From the NCBI GenBank assembly GCA_038142505.1, contig JAYQKD010000001.1, forward strand, positions 139,418 through 203,417: a DNA stretch of 64,000 nt. Direction: 5' to 3'. The notes under the pieces are model-generated. The model had not been told where the DNA came from, made no database searches, and saw only the letters and a list, made by a program, of their open reading frames with translations. A program made the translations under genes and the position numbers. Below, one piece after another: positions 57,991 through 64,000 of this stretch. This DNA is from Gammaproteobacteria bacterium. GTDB lineage: Bacteria > Pseudomonadota > Gammaproteobacteria > Magnimaribacterales > D2472. Each line of letters starts with the position of its first letter. Positions within the stretch are counted from its first letter, which is position 1.

Positions 57991-58142
57991 ATTAGCAATA
58001 TATTTGTGTTGACAATATATTCTTTAAAAAAGTTTATTTTGTTAAAAAATATAAAATATGCTACTAATATAGCATATATATGCACTAGAATTCATAATAT
58101 GTTAAATAAATGATTTAAAAGCAGCTAAATATAAGTTAAAAT

Positions 58143-59473
58143 ATGGTTAATGATAATCAGACAAATTTAGAAATTAAAATTATACGCGCGATTGCAGCTC
58201 GAAGAGGGCATATTGAATTAGCAAAAATACAACTTTGAATAATTATAATTTTGAGAAGTTAGAGGGAAAAAATCCCAGCCGAAATTTATCATTCCTCTAT
58301 TTTAATTTGCTGCAAGCACATAAAGATATCTTTAATAAAAGATCCAAGGAATTGAATGATTTTAAGGATAAAAGAATAAAAGCACTGATTTCAATAATAG
58401 CTGATAATGATTTTTGGGATAAAGTGTACACGCCAATTGTAAAAGACCTTGATAATCTAAATAAAAAAATGATTTTATTATTAATTCATCATATATATCC
58501 AAAAAAAAAATTGCGAAAGAGAAAAATCAATTATCTTCAGATTAATATATTTTTATATATGGGGGTAATCCATATAGCTATGAAATTCTAGGAATAAAAA
58601 AAAGTGAAGATGACATTGTTGTTTTACAAAAAATAAAAAAAACGTTCTTTTTGAGATTGGTATTCTAAATAATAAAATTGCAGATGCTGCTTTTTATATT
58701 AATTATATTGGAAAAAAGTGATAATTTTTTTATTACGTCCGATCTTTTTGAAATATTTATCTGATCTCCTAATTGAATGCTTCGACTTGCTTGACTCTCT
58801 ATGTAAATTATATAGTGGCAATGAATTGATGCTTGATGAAGATATTATAAATTTTGGTGACAAAGAGCTTTTCAATGAACGAATTAATTAGGGATTTTGG
58901 ATTTTACAAAGGCTTGGTTGTCCAATTGGATCGAACTCATTTATATTTGAAGAAAGAATTTCTAATATTAAATATGAAGCAGTGCTTTATGACAAATTTG
59001 AGCTTAATTCTATAGATAAAGCTCCCAATACTGTATTAGATGAAAAGTCAGATAGTTGGCTTAACTTTAAAGATAAAACAGATCCTTCAATAAAAATAAT
59101 TGGAATATGGAGCTGGTACAAATATTATAAATTATCCATATCAGCATAAATATTCATATGAATTATCTGTATTAACACACATCAAAAAACTTACTATTTA
59201 TGAAGATAAAATAGACAAATTAATTATTGGTAATGATTAAAGAAACGGGTTCTGGCAATGTTGGAAGAAGAGCTGCATTACAAAGCGCTGAGGAGATAAA
59301 AAAATCTTTAATCAATGTTGAAACTTTTTCTTGTTGCTGGGCTGGGGAGCGGAACCGGAAATGGAGCATTACCAATAATTGCATCAATAGCTAGAGATTT
59401 AGGAATATTAACTTATGCATTGCAACAACTCGTTTAAATTTGAAGGCAACAAAAAGGTTAACCAACAAAGATT
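58143..59473 (+). CDS. N-terminally extended FtsZ/tubulin-like GTPase (frameshifted, C-terminus cut at junction)
   Basis: From 59090 across frames: [78 protein letters not shown]. Confidence 0.75.
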
Positions 59474-60380
59474 CCATAGGTCCTGAAACAACTTCTAAAA
59501 ATCCTTTTTTTAATCCAATCTCTCTATAGGCTTCAAATTCCTCTGGAGTTACCCATCTTTCAATGGGTAGATGATTCAAGGTTGGTCTTAAATATTGTCC
59601 AATGGTAAGAATATCTACTTTATTAGCTATTAGATCATCCATTGTTTGCTCTATCTCTTCATCTGTTTCACCAAGACCAAGAATAAGGCTAGTTTTTGTT
59701 AGGACCTTTGGGTTAATTTTTTTTGATTCTGCTAAAACATCAAGAGTTTGTTGATAACCAGCTCTAATATCTCTGACAGGATGGGTGAGCCTTTCAACAG
59801 TTTCTATATTTTGTGCAAAAACTTCTAACCCACAGTTAACAATGGTATCTATCGAAGATGATAGACCCTTGAAGTCTGGTGTTAGAGCTTCAACTGCAGT
59901 CCCAGGATTAAGGTCTTTTATAAGCTTTACTGTATCTGCAAAATGTTTTGCACCTCCATCAGGCAAATCATCTCTATTAACAGATGTTAAAACTACATAT
60001 TTTAATTTCATTATTTGAACAGCTTTAGCAGTGTTTAATGGTTCGTCAATGTCTAGCCAGCCTTTAGGATTGCCAGTATCTACTGAACAAAATTTACAAG
60101 CTCTTGTACAAACTGAGCCCATTAACATAAATGTTGCCGTTCCTGCCGACCAGCATTCAGAGATATTTGGACAATGAGCTTCTTCACAAACTGTATTCAA
60201 TCTCTTTTCGCTTACCTGATTTTTTATCTTATGGAAATTTGGATTAAATTGAGCTTTAACCTTAAGCCATTCAGGTTTTTTTAGATTAGGAATATGAGAG
60301 TATTGATTACCCTTTTGGCCATTCTTTACAGCTTTAACCCCGTCTCTATTGATGATTTTTTTTGTTGGAATAATTTCCAT
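59474..60380 (-). CDS. lipA: Lipoyl synthase, C-terminus truncated
   Basis: [12 protein letters not shown] and CTRACKFC; ends EVVSGPM without the conserved VRSSY. Confidence 0.93.
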
Positions 60381-60382
60381 AT

Positions 60383-60987
60383 CTAAAATATAGGCTCTAA
60401 AAGTTCAATTGCAAGGCTCTCAACATCTTTAATTGAAACATCATTCTCATAGTCTTTTATCTGTGCTACCTCAAGCCCCTCATAACCACATGGGATTAAT
60501 TAGAGCTAAATGGAGTTAAGTCCATATCTACATTTATGCTTATGCCATGATAAGTTTTACCTTTTGAAATCCTAAGGCCTATTGAAGCAATTTTCTTATT
60601 ATCTACATAAACTCCTGGCGCTCCATCAACAAAATTAGAATCTATTGAGTAATGTTCTAATAGAGATTTTGTGAACTCTTGAAGGGTTTTCACTAAAGTT
60701 TTAGGCCCTAGGCTAGACTTTTTTATATCGAGCAAAAAGTATATTACTAATTGGCCAGGGCCATGATAAGTAACTTCTCCGCCTCTATCTGACTGAAAAA
60801 CAGGAATGTCTCCAGCATTTAAAATATGTTTTTGATCAGCTGCAGTTCCTAAGGTAAAAATTGGTGGATGTTCTAAAAACCATATTTCATTTTTAAAATC
60901 TTCATTACTAATATGAGACTTCATCATATGAAGAGTGTCACCGTATTCGCAACGACCTAATGATTTAAAGCTTAAACTTTCAGACAC
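60383..60987 (-). CDS. lipB: Octanoyltransferase (3' frameshift)
   Basis: [37 protein letters not shown]. Confidence 0.93.
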
Positions 60988-62080
60988 TATTTATTTCTAG
61001 CTTCAATGAATGAGTCTTCAGAAATCTTATGATATTCAGTAACATTATTTTTAAATTCAATATATGAATCATAAACCTTGCCAATTACCTCATCTTCTTC
61101 AGCTAGATCACTTAATATTTCATTTGAAATAGCTCTAAATTCCTCGATAACATCATCTGGCAATTTTCTTAGCTCAACGCCATGAACCTCAATCAGCTCA
61201 GTTAGAGCTTGATTGTTTCTTGCTAAATACTCATCTAGAGTATCTTGATTTACTGCTTTGGTTGCTGTCTCGATATATTACTTGAAGATGTTTTGGCAGA
61301 CTGTTCCAAGCATCCATATTAATTAATAGCTCTAGCATCGGTCCTGGTTCATGCCAGCCAGGATAATAGTAATATTTTGCAGCTTGATGAAAACCAAAAG
61401 TAAGATCATTGTAAGGCCCAACCCACTCTGTAGCATCAATTACACCTGTTTGAAGTGCTGTAAATAATTCGCCTCCGGGAAGAGTAACTGGAATTCCACC
61501 TGCTTCTTTTAAAACTTCTCCTCCGATTCCTGGAATACGCATTTTAAGTCCTTTGACATCCTCTAATGAATTGATTTCTTTGTTAAACCAACCAAACATT
61601 TGGGTTCCAGTGTTTCCAGCAGGAATAGGATAAATGTTAAAAGGCTCGTATATTTCTCTCCATAACTCTAAACCACCGCCTCTGTTTACCCATGCATTAA
61701 TCTCATCTGCTGTTAATCCAAAAGGAACACTAGTAAAAAACTGTGCAGCAGGAACTTTTCCCTTCCAAAAATATCCTCCACTATGGCCCATTTGATGTGA
61801 TCCACTTGAGACGGCATCAAAAACTCCAAAAGCAGGAACCTGTTCGCCTGCACCATATACAGTTATCTGCATTTGGCCATTGCTCATCTCTTCAACCAAA
61901 TCAGCTATTCTCTCAGGCGCCATGCCGAGACCTGGATAATTTTTTGGCCAAGATGTAACAAGCCGCCACTTATAGGTCTTATACTCTTCAGTATTTGCAG
62001 AGCTTAGATGATTCTTGTCCACCAGAACAACCAGAAATTATTCCAATCAAAAAAACAAACGTTAAAATTTTTTTCATCAT
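60987..62080 (-). CDS. dctP: TRAP substrate-binding protein (TakP-like), frameshifted
   Basis: WRLVTSWP, YFWKGK, GNTGTQMFGWF, GLKMRIPG, EWVGP, YYYPGWHEP. Confidence 0.9.
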
Positions 62081-64000
62081 AGTTTCTCTAAATTTGCATA
62101 AGCCATAACTAGCCACTTTGTTCCTGCTTGGTCAAAATTAATCTGAACTCTGGCAGCCTCACCTGAGCCTTCATAATTTAGAACCACGCCCTCACCAAAA
62201 GATTTATGCATAACTCTTTGTCCAAGTGAAATTCCAATCTCATCCTCAAACTCAAGCTTGGTTTCTTTAAAGTCTTTTCTATTATAAGGTATGTGAGTCT
62301 GTGCTCTAGGTCTAATCTCGTTGATAAGATCTTTGGGAATTTCTTTAATAAATCTTGATGGTGGATTAAAAGTATCAGAGCCGTGCAATCTTCTTGACTC
62401 TGCATGGGTTATATAAAGTTTTTCCATAGCTCTAGTAATACCAACATAACAAAGCCTTCTCTCTTCTTGAAGCTGGCCTGGGTTTTCCATTGATCGTCCA
62501 TGAGGAAATAAGGTCTCTTCAAGACCAGTCATTAAAACCAATTTAAACTCTAATCCCTTTGCTGAATGAAGAGTCATAAGTTGAGCAGCATCATCATGCT
62601 CTGATGCCTGTCTGTCACCAGAATCAAGTGAAATCATATCTAAATATTGCTCTGCAATTTCAATATTTGTTTTTTCTTCTCTAATACTTTGCTCTAAATT
62701 TGTAGTTGCAGAAACCAACTCCTCTAAATTTTCTACCCTTGTTTTGCCTTTTTCTCCAGGCTCTTTTGCATGATAGGCAACTAATCCTGAAGTTTTAATT
62801 ATTTCTTCCATTAAGTCTGAAAGAGTATTCTCTTCTATAAATTCTTTACATCGGGCAATAAATTCTAAATAAGATTTTAAACCGGTTCCACCTCTTCCAG
62901 ATATTGCTCCCTCATCAATTAATTTAGCTGATGCTTTTATATATGAAATATTATATTTAGTGGCCGTAGAACGAATCTTTGCTAAAGTTTTTTCTCCAAC
63001 GCCTCTTGTAGGATTTGATATTGATCTCTCAAATGCAGGATTATCAGAGTTATTAAAAATAATTTTTAGATAAGCAATAGCATTTTTGATTTCCATTCTT
63101 TCATAGAACCTTTGGCCGCCATATATTCTGTAGGGGATGCTTGATCTAAGCAGAGCCTCTTCAAGCGCTCTTGATTGAGCATTAGATCTATACAAGACAG
63201 CAGCATCAGAATACATTTCTCCTTTGCTCATCCAATCTTTTAAAATATCAGCAACAAATCTAGCCTCATCTTGTTCATTGTATGCCTGATATAAAATGAT
63301 TTGTTCTCCTTCAAGCTTGTCGGTCCAAAGATTTTTACCAAGCCTATCAGTGTTGTTTTCAATTAAAGCGTTTGCCGCGCCTAAAATAATATTTGTAGAT
63401 CTGTAATTTTGTTCTAATCTTATGATCTCTGCTGTATCAAAAGTTTTTGTGAATGATTCTACATTTTCAACTTTAGCACCTCGCCATCCATAAATGGATT
63501 GGTCATCATCTCCGACTGCTGTTATTGATGCTTTTTCTGAAGCTATCTCAAGAAGCCAGTTATATTGAATAGTGTTGGTATCTTGAAACTCGTCTACTAA
63601 TATTGATTTAAATCTAGAGTGAAAGAAAGCCTTTACAGATTCATTATCACGAATTACCTCATAAGATCTCAGTAGTAGTTCACCAAAATCAACAAGATTA
63701 TCTCTCAAGCATGTTTTCTCATATTCTTTGTATATCTTGTTAATATTTTCTTTAAAATAATCACCTTTATCATCTACAGATTCGCTTCTAAAGCCTTCAT
63801 CTTTCCATGCATTTATCTGCCACTGACTTTGGCGTGATGGCCATACAGATTCATCTAAACCAGCCTCTTTGGAAATTCTTTTGATAATTCTTAATTGATC
63901 ATCTGCATCTAGAATTGTAAAACCACTACTTAAGCCTGCTTCTTTATGAAACCTCTTGAGCATTCTGTGAGCAAGCCCATGAAAAGTACCAACCCATCCA
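62077..64000 (-). CDS. uvrD: DNA helicase II, N-terminus off window
   Basis: GTFHG, VDEFQD, VGDDDQSIY, QNYRS, MTLHSAKGLEF, EERRLCYVGITRA. Confidence 0.95.
   Translation of the reverse strand, partial: GWVGTFHGLAHRMLKRFHKEAGLSSGFTILDADDQLRIIKRISKEAGLDESVWPSRQSQWQINAWKDEGFRSESVDDKGDYFKENINKIYKEYEKTCLRDNLVDFGELLLRSYEVIRDNESVKAFFHSRFKSILVDEFQDTNTIQYNWLLEIASEKASITAVGDDDQSIYGWRGAKVENVESFTKTFDTAEIIRLEQNYRSTNIILGAANALIENNTDRLGKNLWTDKLEGEQIILYQAYNEQDEARFVADILKDWMSKGEMYSDAAVLYRSNAQSRALEEALLRSSIPYRIYGGQRFYERMEIKNAIAYLKIIFNNSDNPAFERSISNPTRGVGEKTLAKIRSTATKYNISYIKASAKLIDEGAISGRGGTGLKSYLEFIARCKEFIEENTLSDLMEEIIKTSGLVAYHAKEPGEKGKTRVENLEELVSATTNLEQSIREEKTNIEIAEQYLDMISLDSGDRQASEHDDAAQLMTLHSAKGLEFKLVLMTGLEETLFPHGRSMENPGQLQEERRLCYVGITRAMEKLYITHAESRRLHGSDTFNPPSRFIKEIPKDLINEIRPRAQTHIPYNRKDFKETKLEFEDEIGISLGQRVMHKSFGEGVVLNYEGSGEAARVQINFDQAGTKWLVMAYANLEKL

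Larger units (their letters stand above)
54535..59473. other. Foreign or low-quality ~4.9 kb block (island or chimeric insert)
   Basis: Both flanking genes truncated at the borders; visibly more AT-rich, dense indels, ORFans; no integrase or transposase seen. Confidence 0.7.

Noticed and set aside
58555-58650. DnaJ-like J-domain ([12 protein letters not shown]...) in the N-terminal extension
   Set aside because: No HPD motif found and the reading frame is uncertain
54535-59473. Alternative genetic code (TGA read-through) in the insert
   Set aside because: FtsZ motifs are restored by frame changes, not stop reassignment, and TAA/TAG stops interrupt as well
54535-59473. Prophage or IS element
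   Set aside because: No recognisable integrase, transposase, terminase or capsid motifs, terminal inverted repeats or target duplication
392-62080. Dozens of frameshifted genes as mass pseudogenisation or programmed frameshifting
   Set aside because: Breaks are single-base indels, often in homopolymers, and hit essential genes (thyA, folA, GS); fragments are otherwise intact, which points to sequencing error

Overview
AT-rich, gene-dense chromosomal segment of a streamlined marine gammaproteobacterium. SAR86-like is my inference from gene content and composition, not a computed placement. Many genes are split by single-base indels, often in homopolymers and including essential genes, so I read these as uncorrected sequencing errors rather than pseudogenes. 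The backbone is housekeeping: ubiCA, glnII-ntrBC, gpmA-mutY-yggX, rppH-lgt-thyA-folA, a TtpC/TonB2 operon, efp-argS, yggS-proC-yggT-metXW-rdgB-hemW, trmB, rpoH, cysQ, TRAP genes, lipBA and uvrD. Most notable observations: (1) a ~4.9 kb foreign-looking block (~54535-59473) replaces the 3' ends of dctM and lipA; it encodes a divergent FtsZ/tubulin-like domain (missed by the ORF track) on a long N-terminal extension, transcribed away from coiled-coil/membrane ORFans; (2) the tRNA-Phe-adjacent region holds a cysteine-synthase remnant, an 11-bp motif array, a three-way-junction structure and a XylM/AlkB-type monooxygenase + ferredoxin + small membrane protein operon next to a P450; (3) a type II glutamine synthetase fills the glnA slot with intact NtrC/sigma54 sites; (4) a T4-phage-like thyA sits in the core lgt-thyA-folA operon; (5) three abrupt gene-truncating junctions may be chimeras or real rearrangements.
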